Assembly (NCBI GenBank): GCA_965153455.1
Contig: OZ234493.1
Location: 26,898,213 to 26,962,212 of the forward strand
Direction: 5' to 3'
DNA: 64,000 nt
Origin: Sphagnum compactum
Lineage: Eukaryota
Shown here: positions 41,109-55,661 of the stretch, piece after piece
How positions within the stretch are numbered: the first letter of the stretch is position 1
Layout of the letters: every line of letters starts with the position of its first letter
The notes under the pieces: model-generated
Database searches by the model: none
Told to the model about the DNA's origin: nothing
What the model saw: only the letters and a program-made list of their open reading frames with translations
Position numbers and translations under genes: made by a program

Positions 41109-42359
41109 TATATTCCCTTCAAGTTGTTTACTAAGTTGTAATTCACCTGAGGCCACTAAGGTGGAAATGTTAATACTTAAGTTTGATTTTGGTTTTGTCT
41201 AAGCGTTTGATAGAAGTGAAAACTAAATAAAGATGTATTAGGATTGCATCCTAGAAATCTTTCCAGTACATCATTCGTGCCCGAAGATTATTCTACAGAC
41301 TAACTTAATATTGTCATGGCTAAATGTTGTTGTGAGTTATGGGCTTGTATTCCCAATATATCAACAAATCACATCTAATTCTACATCCCTTTTCCTTTCT
41401 CTACAACATAAAAGGATAATGCACTTAAAAAGGTTTACTAGGTCCATAAACTAACTAAGCATTGCATCAATTTAAATAAAATTACGTTGAAATATCCAAA
41501 GGCTAATCCAGCTCTTAATAATTATTACTTGGAGGTTTATCAGGATTCAAATCATTAATACCAAGGAAAACTATGGAACTAAGGCTTAACAATTTGTGGT
41601 ATTATAATCCATGGCTCACATTGTACGACATGCAATAAAAGGATTTTCATAAAGTACATTTGGAAGCAATTAATATATATGAAATACTTGTATGAAATGC
41701 AAGATTTGCTGGCATTTTTAGAATTGTTCTCATTTTTGTAAATGGATCACCCATTGGGCATTGGTTTTTTTGTTTGTAGATTACCTTAGATAGTACTAAT
41801 TACCATTCTTCTTCTACCAAAAGTAAGATCATGTTTATTTTTGTCATGTGTTGTGCCACTTGTGTCTTGCTACATAATGAAAGTATGCATGTTTTGTAAT
41901 TCTATGACAAAATATCACCTGAACATTTTAAATGTCTTTTCCAAGTATAGTTTTGTACATGGCATCCAACCCACTAACAAACACTAGTATATTATTCAAT
42001 AAACTTCTTAAAATGAACAAGCTATGGTTTTAGGGATAATCGTTTACCAAAACTAAGTTAATTTGGAAAGTTTCGTTGAACAAGGTTTTTTAATGATGAA
42101 TTTCATCCATTTTGATTTCATCCATGTCCATGTGGCAAAATGTTTTGCCATGCCATTTAAAATTTTATCTTATGTGATAAGGAATATTCCAAAAATATGT
42201 TCTCCATGCCATCAAAATATTTTAAAAAAGGTTCTATCATGTTCACATGCTCATGCGCTCATGCTCACACACTCACAAAATAGCCTCGTTGCTTCAAAGG
42301 ATTCATGGTGGACAACACACAAGCAAATTAGAATGTTGTCAAAATTATTTACGGTTATG

Positions 42360-44183
42360 GGGATGCCACTATAAGGATGGTGGACAAAGAACTAACATGT
42401 TTGTTCCACTAGACTCAATCGCTTAATAGGCATACCAAACAACTAATCAAACCTTCATTGCAGGATAAGCTTAAGGCCCTTTGTTTCGACTATGTCTTTA
42501 GAAGAAGTGGACACTCGACATGCAACTATCTATTGTTGGTGGCTTTTGTCGAGAGCTATGTCTGAGTGTGCTATGCACAAACTTGGTAATTGGCTTGCTT
42601 TCTGGCACTTCGTGTTAGACAGTGGGGCGAGTTCATGGCCCATGTAAGATTTTCCTTTCATATATTATGAATTCAAGGATTTATCTTCTATCTTCTTTAT
42701 TCCTACACTTTTGGTTTGATTCGCTCTTCTTGGTATTTGCAGAAGTTTGGCAACATTGAGTGGGCAAATATGCCAACTTGAAGTCTTGCTGAAACTATGC
42801 ATAACATTTGGTTATAACAGTTGGGAAAATGCAACACCTCCTTATACACAACCACCTGTGACAACTATGTTTAGGCTTTTAAAGAGTCCATTTTATATTG
42901 ACATTATTTGTGAAGAGTTCCTTCTGGGAAAGGTCCTGATAGAAATGAACTCCTTTTGAGGAGGGCCCATTTTTTGAGGGATGTTTCCTAGCTTGTGGCA
43001 ACCGTTGCCAATTTTGCTTTTGGATCCTTGTTCATGACGCTGATTCCTCATCTCGAAGGTGAGGAGGTGTTTGGTTCTGCCAAATGCAATGTCGACTTTT
43101 TGCCAGGGGTGATTAACAAGTTGCATAGACCTAACCATGTCAAATTTTCTCATCCTCATGTGGCTGTTCCCACTTGTCATCCCAACAATGTCGACAACTT
43201 GCAAGTCCATGCCTCGCCATGTGTTACAAAAAATATGTTTTCTATACTTTCTCAAGGTGGCATAATGGTTAGTGAGATTACGTGTGGGGATGGCCTCTAG
43301 CATATTGATTGGCGTCCTTTTAGTTTTGGAGTGCAATGTTATGCATTGCTAAAAAATACTGATGTGAAGTGCCTAAAAAAAATCAATACACATAAGACAA
43401 CATTTGGGACCCTAGCCCCATGTTATTTTGGTTTTTGGGCCCAATTCTGATTTGGGGCTCTTGAGTACAATGAACATTGGTTTTGTTTAGATGACTAAAT
43501 AATCATTGTGTGGGTGGGTCTTTGTGAAAGTATGTCGTTGCTTGCCCACATGTCTCGATTGTATGGCCTATTCATCATGGTGTCAACCTTATTCAAAAAG
43601 AGTTATCATCTTTGGAAGAAACTAGGTTCATGTTTGACTTTGAACATAAGAAAAACCCTTGGAATGTATTTAGAAGTGAGCCTTCCACTTCAAGCAATTT
43701 CTAGGTTCCTTCAACCTTTACACCAAATGTAATCAGACCTATAAATGCAAGTAGTTGGCCCACATCTCATTGTGGCAAAAAGGTGAGAAGGCCTTCAATG
43801 TTTAAATTAATGAAACAACACACCAACAATTGGTATACTAGTAAATTGCTTAGTCCTTGAACTAGTCTACCCCCTTTAGATATCCACCCCCTGGGTATGG
43901 ACGAATTTATAGCATACTCTATGGCCATAAGCATTTCAATGTGACACTTGAAAATCACCCATGTTGTTCTTACATATATTTCATTGTCATGTCAGCAACT
44001 TCTTTGGGCAAGCATGGAACATGGGTGCAATGTAAACACATGTATCCACTATAACAAAATGTGTCCCTATACGCCAAGTGATTTCACTAGATTTTGAGTG
44101 AATTCACTAGTCTTAGTAAATGGGGACTAGTTGGAAAGTAGTGAATCGGGAGTAGTGAATAACACCCACATTTTGTAGTAGTG
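42360..44183 (+). mobile_element. Decayed TE coding region with C-terminal SWIM finger, ending in a CACTA-like terminus
   Basis: HFNVTLENHPCCS...SLGKHGTWVQCKHMY at about 43930-44045. Subterminal cactag/tagtg repeats at 44085-44160 and end ...ttttgtagtagtg at 44183. Confidence 0.55.
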
Positions 44184-46265
44184 ATCATACCCTACGAAAC
44201 ATAATGTATTGTGGTTAGTTTGAAGAGTTCATTCATTATCCCACATGGAGTTGGGACGAGGTTCAACGATTGTTGGCACATGTTAAAGGATTTGAGAGCC
44301 AATGATATTATAACAAAAATATATTTGCGTCAGGTTTTGGAGTGCATATTTCATTTTCACTATTCACAATCCAATATGCTAGTGTTGATGGAGAACTTCC
44401 GACAATGACGTAGGAAAAATTAATTTCGTAGTGCAATGAATATCATTTTTGGAATATGTTATATTTTTTACATCCTTGGATGGGCTAATCATTTCTAGGT
44501 CATGGTTTGCTTGAGAGGGCAGAAAATACCATCTCGTGACAATTTTTGGAAAATATACCATATAAAGCAATGTTAGGTGTATGATAATAAAAATTTAAAT
44601 TTACAATCTTGTAATATGGAATAAGCACATCACAAAAGTGTTGAAATATTTTCATGCATATGAATATATTTAGTATTTTGGTAAGCACCAAATGTTGTCC
44701 CACAAAAGAAATACTTCTTACATGTATATTTGTTGTAATACAACCATTTTGTTTAGAAAAAGAATTGTAATTTGATATGTATACACAATATGCATTTTTT
44801 GACTACCTTATTGGCCCAATTACATATATTTGATGAACCCCTAGGATGATAAGACTGTGTTGAAATTTTACATTTTTTGTCCACATAGCAAAATACCTTG
44901 ATTTTTGTGTGAATGGGTGGGGGGGGGGGGGAGATAATTCCTAATGTCTTTAATATGACGTATTTTAGTGCCCTATATATTTTTAAGTTTGAAAGTAATC
45001 CTCTTAAAATTATAGTCATATGGTTTATAAAGGGGTCTCATACTTTCAAAATACCCATAAAATATGACTTCTTTTTATAAAATACCAATAATTTCCATAT
45101 ATTTGAACCCAAAGTGGGTACAATAATGCTTCATGTCATATGGTTTTAATGTTTGAAGATCTTGACACATAGAAAATTGTGCAATTCATATGTTTAAGTG
45201 GGAAAGTTGGTGTATGTGTAAAAGTTTTCTAGCATTTGAAAATACTGAAAGATTGCAATACCTTATAAAAAATTGTCCACCCAAGCAAACCATGACCCTT
45301 CTATTTTGATGATTATTTTTAATGCGGTTTGCAATCGTTAAAAGACCCCATGTTTATGGGTACAATTTTGAGCCACCATTTTCACCCATAAATACTTTCA
45401 AAAGAAAGTAGTTTGTGTGTTTTGAAACCAAACCCTTATCCATGTGGCAAAATATTTTTCACATCAACAAGGAATATTGTGCCACATCACAAAAAGTGAA
45501 TCCATGTGGCAAGAGAATATTCAATGATGTGGCATGGAATTTATTATAAGATTCTTTGTTGCTCATTTGAACCCACTTACCCACTCACTGCTTGTTGTTC
45601 GATGGTCGCTTGCTAGCATCATTGTTTGTGTTTTAGGCCTTTTCATAATGGTATAAAATTTGGGATGTACCTACCATATCAAATAAACCATATATGTTGA
45701 TCTATCATGAATTTTACATATATAATTATTTTATTATCTATCAAAATTTTATCTTGGTTAACACAATTTTTTTTCTAAATCAAACAATTCAAATGATGTG
45801 ATATTAATGTGTGACCTACCATGCATGTAGATACAATTCTTTTGGAACTTGAATATTTCAATTATGATAATGTTAAGCCTTTCAAAATATTTTTTTCTTA
45901 TAATAGGTTTAAAAGGTTTAGAAGTGGTTTTTAAAATGTTTGTAAAATGCAGTTTATATTTGGGACATGGTAAATCATGCCTTAAATATTAAATAAATGC
46001 ACCATATGTTTGGATTTCATAAATTGTTCCCCATGATGCAAAAAAAACTACTTTTTACAATTTGAAAAATATCATAGTTTTTGCAAAATAAATTGAAAGT
46101 AGATATTTTAAAAAAAATCTACTTCTTCAACTTCTAAAAAATTCTCCATATCACATTTGATACACTCTTGTAATTGAGAATGTCAATATGACTAGGCATC
46201 ACCTACTTTCTAATCTACTTGTTATATAATTCTATTGTTTTGCCTTTGAGGACTAATTTTTTGGC

Positions 46266-49200
46266 CTACTTTAGCACGCTTTCACTCATAGAACTAGAAC
46301 TTATAGTTGCTAATAAGGATTCATACTCAATGGTTCTTAGTGGATTTTCTTTTATAACAACTTCCATCTCCATTTCATCACCTTGTAACATTGCCACTAT
46401 TCTAGCCATGGATGGTCTCTTTGAGGCTGTGGATTGCACACATAAAAGCCCAATGTTTATGACATGTATTATGTCCTTTTCATGGTTGTGGGTATTCAAT
46501 TTTGGGTCCACTATCTCCAAAAGCTTGGCCTCTTCATATAATTTCCAAACCTGATTCATGATGAGAATACCAACATATAATACATATTTGAGGAATGGTA
46601 ATCTATGAATCAATATTGACACTTTAAATTATAGAATTTGAAACACATGTAATGTTCATAACTAAAGAAGAATGTTGTCCAATTCATGCAAGATGAAAGC
46701 TCCAATCAAGGATCATTCAAGATTCTCAGGGATTAGTTCATTTAGTCAGACTTCAATATTATATATTCACCATATTACTACATTATTATGTAACTTCCAT
46801 TTTGAATTCCATGGTATTTATTTGTCTTGATGTAGTTTACAAGTTTGACATATGTTTCCACAATCTTAAATATTGTTGAATCTTGTACATTTGCCACAAT
46901 GATTCCATTTATTGAAAAAATAATGTTATGAGATTACTTACCCATTCAAGAAGATATGCTTGATCTTCATTTAAGTTGGGCTCAATATTCTTCCTTCCAC
47001 TTACAATCTCTAGTACTAGAACCCCAAAGCTGAACACATCAACTTTCTCACTTAGTTGGCCACGAGAAGCATATTCTGGTGCCACATAACCCCTGCATGC
47101 AATTCAAAAATGCCAAGTTCATGAATAAGTTTGTGTTTAGAACTTGGTTTTACATTCAAAAAAAATTCATGAAAATGTCTATGCATTTATTTTAAATTAG
47201 AAGTTGGCTTACCAAACCACAAAAGGAAAGCAATATATTATCTTGATATTGGATGTCTTTGCATAAGTATTTTTTTGACAAATGGGGATCTACAAAATAT
47301 GTAACAATTTATGGACATATATTGAATCTATCTTAAATAATTAAGGTTTAATCATATACTAACTTGTCCATGTTGTGTTCAAAATTTGTGGTCAATATAA
47401 ACAAAACCAGATGGTACACTCCATATGAAATGTATGACATGTGTAAATACTACTTACATAGTCCCAGCAATGTGGAAAGTACTAATATGGGTGCTCGTGT
47501 CTGGAAAAAGTCGGGCCAACCCAAAATCAGCAATCTTGGCATTAAAATGTTTGTCCAACAAAATATTGGGTGCTTTGATATCTCGATGTATAATGCGAGG
47601 TTGCGCATCTTCATGAAGATAGGTGAGGCCACGAGCAACTCCCAAACATATGTTTTTTCGCATTGGCCAATCCAGATTGTGTCCTCCTTTGTTCTCTATT
47701 TTGGAAGGAGAAAAACCTCAAGAATTATATCACCCAATCTAAAGCCTCAAGAATAAGAAAATTATGATATAAAATTAATAGTTATTGAATTACAACATGC
47801 AAATAATATGTTAATTTGCATAGATGTATTTTAGATAGTGACAAATCATCTTGGGAATATATATGTATAAGAGAACCTTCAAAGATCCAAATAAAGTTTT
47901 GCAAGTTTTGTCCATTTTCAACATGATTTGACATTTATGTTCTTACTCCATTTTAATTATGTTATAGGTCAAAGAATTTACCAAAAATAGTTTCTGCCAA
48001 ATTGTTGTTGTCTACAAATTCATACACAAGGAATCGTTTGTTTGCACCTCCTCCACCCATGAGACAACAACCCTTGAGTTTAACAAGATTCTTGTGTTTC
48101 ACATTTGTAATGAGCACAACTTCATTAAGGAATTCATCAATGCTTTGTTGGGAATTTGTTAATAGATGTTTCACAGCAATTTCACCCCCATCTTGTACTA
48201 TTCCCTGTAAGGCAAAAAAAAATGAAATTAGTTTTAATAACCATTTAGAATTCAAGGTGACTAGTGCATCAATATAGAGCCCAAAACAACAATGAAAAAA
48301 TAGTGTACACATACCTTATAAACAATTCCAAAGGATCCTTGGCCTATTTTCATGTCAGGGTGGAAGTCTCGAGTGGCTATTTTGATATCATTATATGCAT
48401 ACAATGTGGGTTGCACATCTTGTTTCGCAAATTCTGAATCCAATACATGCAACTTTAATACAAGTTTCATGATTACTTTAAATATTTTTCATAAACCTAT
48501 AAAAAAAACCTTAAATTAATTGTATATTTGTAGCCCATAATGTAATAATTGAACATGCAAAAAGAAACATTTAGTCTACTGATAAACTTGACTAAATTTA
48601 TTTTATTATATTGTAAGCCCATGAATATGGAAAAATATTCAACAATATCAATTGAAAGAATCTGAATCATTTCATGTTACCTTCTTGGATTTGAAGTAAC
48701 AAAGAATATTTTTCTTTTCGTGCTGACCAATATAAGAAAAATACAACCATTGCTATCAAAAAAGTTACCACTGTCACTGGCACTATAACTTCTATCACAA
48801 TTGCATTTGTGTCCTTGCCTGAAGGACAAATCCATAAACCATGTGTTAATGACCAATTCATGATGAATTATAACTGGTTAAGTCACAATATAATATAAGA
48901 CATATATTAATTAATTGATAAGGTGCCATATTTTTACTTCATAATCAAGTAGAAAATTTGATCCATAAGTAACCCCAAGTCTATTTCAAACAACAAGGAA
49001 CAATAGACACATTGTTTTTCAAAAAATTGAAATATGGGTAAATTAAATAAAAAAACTTGCCTTTTGGTGGTGGCGGGATACTTTGGCAAAAGTAGTAGAT
49101 TTCAGCTTTAGTCCACCCAGACTTGTCATTTTTCAAAATGTTGTCACAACAAGGGTTGTCTTTAAGCCTGTCAATATGTTCCATTTGTTCAGATGTGACA

Positions 49201-52200
49201 ATATTTGGTAACACATTTGTTCCAAAGTGAGACTATAAAAGTTTGAAATAATGTATGTAATTAATAATGGATGCAGTTAAGTAGTGAACATATATAGTAG
49301 TTGGATATCTTTCAATGAAATGAAAGGTAAGGTGCATATTGCAAAATGGAACTCACATGATAGAAAGTCCACTAGAGACCAAATTTGAGATATTGGAATA
49401 TAGTAAAAAATTTGTGAAATCTGGTCCCATATTGTTCCCTGTGAGGTTGATTAAATTCAATGGTCCACTTATATTGATGTTCCTCAAATCAAGGTATCCA
49501 GTGATGTTGTTTTGGTCAAGCCTTCTGCAAATGCAATTCAAATTCACATATTGAACTAAATTAGATACATATAATTTTTACATGTATTGTTACATATAAC
49601 ATTGGAAATTATGAACAATTTCAAAAAAGGTTTCATACACATATTATACAAATATAGTCTCAATATCTTTTTGGTCATAAACATGGTAAACTTGGATGGA
49701 ATGATTTTTTTCGAATTAAAAATACATTGAATATAAATGATATCAATTCAAATTTGTAATTTGCATTGTACATGTCAACACAATTGGTTGATTTTATGGT
49801 TAAGATGCCCATTGACATGATATGAACTTTCATTAACCATAGTGCAACATCTTAAAAGGGACTATGATAGTGCTCACAAGGTTTGTAACGATGGGAACCC
49901 CTCAAGAAGAAAACCAAGTTCAATAAAACCATTGTGTAACACATTTGCCAACAACTGTGAAGATATGTTTGCCAACCCTCTGCATGCCAAGTCATAATTA
50001 ACATAAAGATCTTGTAGTTTTTCCCCCACTTTTCTTTTCACAATGATCTATATAATAGTTGGTATTTAGAAGCATTTGGGTGTAGTTATCTTTTAAGTGA
50101 TATACAAATTTTGAAGTTTTCATGTTTGTCCAACTTACCATAATGGTATAAGGAGACTCTTGTACTTGCTCATGCTGAACACAAATATTGCATACTATTA
50201 TAACTTTAAATATTGTAAACCCTTAGCTTTTAGTTTTGAATGAGATATTGAAAATACATAAAATGCATATATATATTCCTAGGAGCAATGAAACCACATG
50301 TTTAATTGATACTTTTATTTGACATCCTCCACTTTTTGCAAAGGAATATGACAAAAAAAAATTTATTACAATAAATAAGAAAAAAAAAACTCAATTTGAA
50401 ATTGGTATCAAAACTTGATGTGGATACTCACAACGTTTTTAGATGTGTGAAGTTTGAAAGCCAAGATTGGGAAAATGTACTTGGATCAAAAAGGTTATTA
50501 CTCAAATCCCTGCATGTCGCAAGTAATCATTCAGTGGTTTGCTTGAAAAAACCTTGAAATAGCTTAGTGAGACTTAAACCATAATGAAAAGACAATTTTT
50601 GAAATTCACCCCATGTCATAATTGAAAGAACCTATAAGATAATCAATTACATACATTAAACACGTGTTCATTAACTCTTGTTTTAATCTTGTTTTAATTG
50701 AATTGAATCTTGTAGTTCTTGTGGTCAAAAGCAAGGACTATTCAACAAACCTATGTATCCCACATGCATTAAGCTTTCCCAAACTACTTGGGGGCTTAAA
50801 GCAAGGACTTTTGTAACCATTGTAAACCACTCAAATTTTTACCATAAAAAAATGAAATTTTTATTGTAATTTAACAATTACAACCATAGTGTAGAACGAT
50901 AGGTGTCGGATGTGCAAATATAACTTTTTAAAACACCAAATTTAGTTAGAGTGGAAGTTTCTTAGGTCATTAAAAATGAACATGCAAAGTTCATTTGAGT
51001 CTTTTAGGATACCATTTTGATGCCTTTTCCATATAACTAACACATAATTTTAGAAATTTGGGATGGATTTTTAACATTTTAATGTCTAACACGACATTTG
51101 TTTTGAAGTCTTCTTAAGGTTCAAAATTTTCTATCATTTATACCCATTTTAATAACTTTATTGGGTTTAGTGTTAAAGTGCCATAAGTTTGTTGAAGTTC
51201 AAAGAGGTAAGAGAAAGGAAGCTCACAAATGTTGCAATGAATTTGAGAAGATGTCCACATTGGGGAGAGCACCAATGAAAAAATTGAATGACAAATCCAA
51301 AATACCAAGAGGAGATGTTGAATTGAAAATTGAATCGATCGACACATTCCCGCTCAAGTTGTTGGAACTAAAATTCCTGAACATTTTCCCCACACATGTT
51401 ATAAGTTGATAATTTAAGTATCCTTAAGGCCATTCAGTTGGTTATAAATTATATAGCAAACATCATATTTTGGAATGTTGAAGTTTTCAATGTTCACAAT
51501 GGTCAATGTAAAATGTAGTGTCATCTAAAATTAACACAACCAACGTTGCATGATCAAAGATCATTCAATTAGAGTAAAGTACAAACTCAATATAAACCAA
51601 GTAAACCAATTGCCATGTTGACTTTGGTTGACAATGTACTCACGTTACTAAAAGATTGTATGCACTTTGAAGATTGGGTAGTCCTCCACTTAACAAATTC
51701 TCTTGCAATGTCCTGCATCACAAGAAGACAAGCTATGAGATTCACTAGCTTAATAAGATGGCGAATTCATATGATTGAAAAAAATTGGGCATCAACAAGG
51801 ACCCTTCTGCCATGACATGTACATGACACCAAAGTGTGTTTCAATTCCTACAATACCCATTTATCCCCTAACCTAACTTGACCATTCCTTTTCTTGTAAG
51901 ACATTTTCCTATGACAAATAAAGTTTTGAAATTGGGAAAGTCCATTTACTGAAATAATCATGATGGCTTTGATTGAAACATGAGATTCTTCGATACATTT
52001 GGATGCACATGAAAATCATAAAATCATTAGGCCCTAAAGATGAGATTATACATTGCCACTCACAATGTCATTAGACTTGTTAGATTATCAAAACCAAGAT
52101 TGTAATTATTGGTTGATGAAATTGGAATTGTTCCAGTGAGACGATTGTTGTGCAATTCCAATGTTTCTAACCCGCTTATATTTCCCAGTTGTGGAGGGAT

Positions 52201-55200
52201 TGACCCCGTCAACTCATTGCCACTCAAATCTCTGATAAAATAAAAAGAAATTGTTAGGACAAAAACCATGTGAAGCTCATTATCTAAAAATATCAACCTA
52301 TTGTGGATTTGTCAGCTCATATCCTACACATATTGTGCCAAATTGTGAATAATTGGCCTTCATTATCATCAAAGGACCTCGCAAAAAAAGGGACGAAGAC
52401 AAAAAAAATGGAAGTCTAAGAAAATGGGCACTTCTCTTGAGCATCATAGCTCCTTGTTAAACAACTAATAACATTATTTTTAGTGAGGGATGCAAGATTT
52501 TGAAATTGAAATCAATTTGCTGCTTCAACTAGGCTTTGGAGTCAAAGGGGGAAAAAATGGAAGGATTATGATCTTTGCAGTACAAGGAATATGTCTTCAT
52601 TGTTTAGATAAGTGAAGTATAGACCATAATTCATACTTGGCAAATTGTATTTGATTTCCTCTTTTTTTGAAACACCTTAATCTACCATTGGAACATGTAT
52701 TGTTGCTTGTAACCATGTTCATTTAGACTCAGGAAAATTACCAATCAAAGTCAAATGTATTGGATGTTTTCTTGAAATCATACTTACAGTTGTCCCAATT
52801 GCAAATATCCCAATGTGATAGGAATGCTCCCATTAAAAGCGTTATCATGTAGATCCCTGCCATCTTATTGCAATACTGGTGGTGAGTCTTTAGATCAAGG
52901 AGATTTCTCTCACTGCATTGCATGCAGGAGAAAAACTCATGGTTACTTCTATGAATATGAGTTGTAGTTGTAAACATAAATTGCTTGGGAATTAAAAAAA
53001 TCTCCATGGGTACAATGGTTCTTACAAGAGTGACAGTTGTGCACAACTTCCCAACTCCTCTGGAATGGGACCTCCAAGGTTCGGATTCCCTACCAGGATT
53101 CTGCAAACAACACAACAATGTGCAAATTTATTCAACCACGTTGTGATTTCAAGAAAATGCCACTTTTAACAACATCAACGGGCTCTCTCCCAAGGTCTAA
53201 AAATTGTTACTACCTAGTGAGTAGCTTGCAACGACCAGCCACAAATTTCCAAAAATGTCAAATCTAAGTATTATCAACCATTGGACACAAATGTAATTCA
53301 TGACTGTGTCATGAATACTACTTGGCAAATTTGTGTAGAGCCAAAGTAAGGTGCTAGGACGAGGTGATACTAGAATCCAACCCCACATTTTGGGAATATC
53401 CCCCACCCATCATAAGCACAAGGCAATTGTTATCATTAACCTAAACATATGTAGATCATGAGATGTAGGAGGGGGAGGGTTCTCATTCCTACTCCTTAAG
53501 AGTGGGTGAGATCTTACACCTATTTATAAGTAGGCTCAAGAATTCCCTCTCCTTTTCAAGGAGGACATTCATAGATATAAGGCAACTTCCAAATACACTA
53601 GGAAACTTCTTTGAATGCTTCGGTATCAATGGTCCATAACCCTAAGATTAGGATCATATAAGGATCCAACAAGTAAGGAAAAACTTACAAGCCTACTAGA
53701 TTGGAAAGATTCCCAATGGCAGGGGGCAGGCCACCTTGAAGTCCTCTACTTGATAATTCTCTGCAACATAATCATGGAAGATTGCTAATTGGTAGTAAGT
53801 GCAAGAGATTTTTGTTCCTTTTTTTAACATTGATCTTCACATAACAGCAAGTACAGGAAAATAAATCATTGTACTAGACATTATTGGAGCAAGAGACTGG
53901 GCATTCAAGGGGAATTGGTGGAAAATAGCTCCAATAATACTACTGGTGGGTAGTTTGAGCAACCAGCAAGCCTGGAAAATACTCAGTATTCATTCATGCG
54001 GTGGCAAACATACTATGGAATGGTCAAGCCCCTGCTCATTCTGTTGGGTAAGGTGTCAGGTGAGCCCCATAGAGTGAGCCAGGTGACACACCCACCATAA
54101 TGGGCGAGACCATTCCATGACATTAAGCTCTGGGGTGGCAGCTTCAAAAATTATAAGGAAATTCATGTTCAACAGATACATTCTGGTCACTGGAAGATTC
54201 TGCCATACAGTGTGGTCAAGAAAGTGACATGATCTGTCAGCCCAGAACTTAATGCTTGATAGAGTGCAGGTTTGAAGTAGGGTCCTTACATATAGCCTAC
54301 TGATGCAATGAAAAATATAGTGCCATTATGTCTGCCTTCGAAGGCATAGCAAGCAACCCCTTGCCAATCAGCCTGCTCAAAGCAAGGATAATTGAGGCCA
54401 GGCTGGCTCGTCCAACCCGGCAAATTGTAAGAAAACGAATTAGTTGCAGTGTTGCTCCACTGTGCCAATAGCATCTGCATAGCATCCACTGCACCAAAAC
54501 ACAAAAGTTGTGTATAAGCTTGTGAGAAAACAAGCAGCTAATCACGGAATGACTCTACCCTCTATGGTGGTTCAAACTTCAAACTAAAAACTTTCCTTGC
54601 TGGATCTAGAACTTCTTGTATAGCCAATGCATGCACTTCTATGGAACATGCCCCATCCATCATATGCACACATAGGTAGTGCTCCAGATATCACTCAGAC
54701 ATTGGGTCAAGTTCAATCCTGAATTTTATGCCTGAATATGATACCAATGTGTTTCCTATGGGGGAGAGCCCAAAACTTCCTACTAGTCACAGCAAAAAAC
54801 TTCTTTTGTCAATCTAGTTACAGGTATGCCACCAGTGCCTGTTACAGGATTTGTAAACCATTTTGTAAGAAATCTTACCTCCTGACCACTTCACAGGATT
54901 CATTATACGTCCAAGACTTAACTGCGCCTATTTTTCTAATATATATTTTGAAACAATTGAAAAGAAAATCATTGTACAAAGAACAAAGCACAACTTATGT
55001 GCTATAACCCTGTCTGTACAAAACAAATTCAGACCACCAAATCCAGCAATTCCAAGGATGTTTCTTTTGATGGCAAAAATTTGTCAGATTTCAATTTTTT
55101 AAATCATCATATTTTTACCATATGCTCCAAGGCAGCCACAAGATAGAAGGATTTCTCAAAGATTCTACTAGCAAATTTGCACTGTTGCCAAATCTGGTTA

Positions 55201-55661
55201 AACCTTGTAGTTAATGCTCTCCAGTTTGACAACATCCCAAAACTAGAAAAAACACTGAGCTGCTGAGCGTAGAAGGTAAGAATTAACATTATGGTTGATT
55301 TAATAACTGATCATGTACATCTCGATTTGACATCAGCAAATTGTGTATGAAATAAACCCATACCCTCTTTTGTCTCATAGTAGTACCAAGTTCTGTCAAT
55401 AAGCGTGACATTCCAGCTCCCAGGAAGATCGGCTAGCGGAACCGGTAAGGGGGGTATTGCGGGGGCAGGGGCAGGGGCGAGCGTAGAAGTAAGACATGAG
55501 CAGAACAAGCTCAAGAAGGTGCAAAACAACAAAGCATACTTGATAACGCGGCCGCTTGTGAAGCTGCAACCATAAGTAACAAGACGAAGCTGCTGAAGTC
55601 TACAGACCAAGAGCAATTGAGGAGTGTTGCACTCGTCCTTGAAGCCACGACAACTGCCCAT
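46266..55661 (-). CDS. LRR receptor-like Ser/Thr kinase (LRR-VIII-like, RD kinase), 18 exons
   Basis: Exons 55661-55364, 54488-54290, 53760-53689, 53100-53026, 52856-52788, 52231-52064, 51712-51644, 51376-51227, 50509-50432, 49979-49878, 49524-49357, 49167-49061, 48818-48681 (TM), 48433-48315, 48204-47982, 47695-47458, 47092-46942 and 46550-46266 splice in phase. Contains an LRRNT PC..W.GV.C cap, plant LRRs ([17 protein letters not shown]), TM helix, and kinase motifs [29 protein letters not shown]. Confidence 0.92.
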
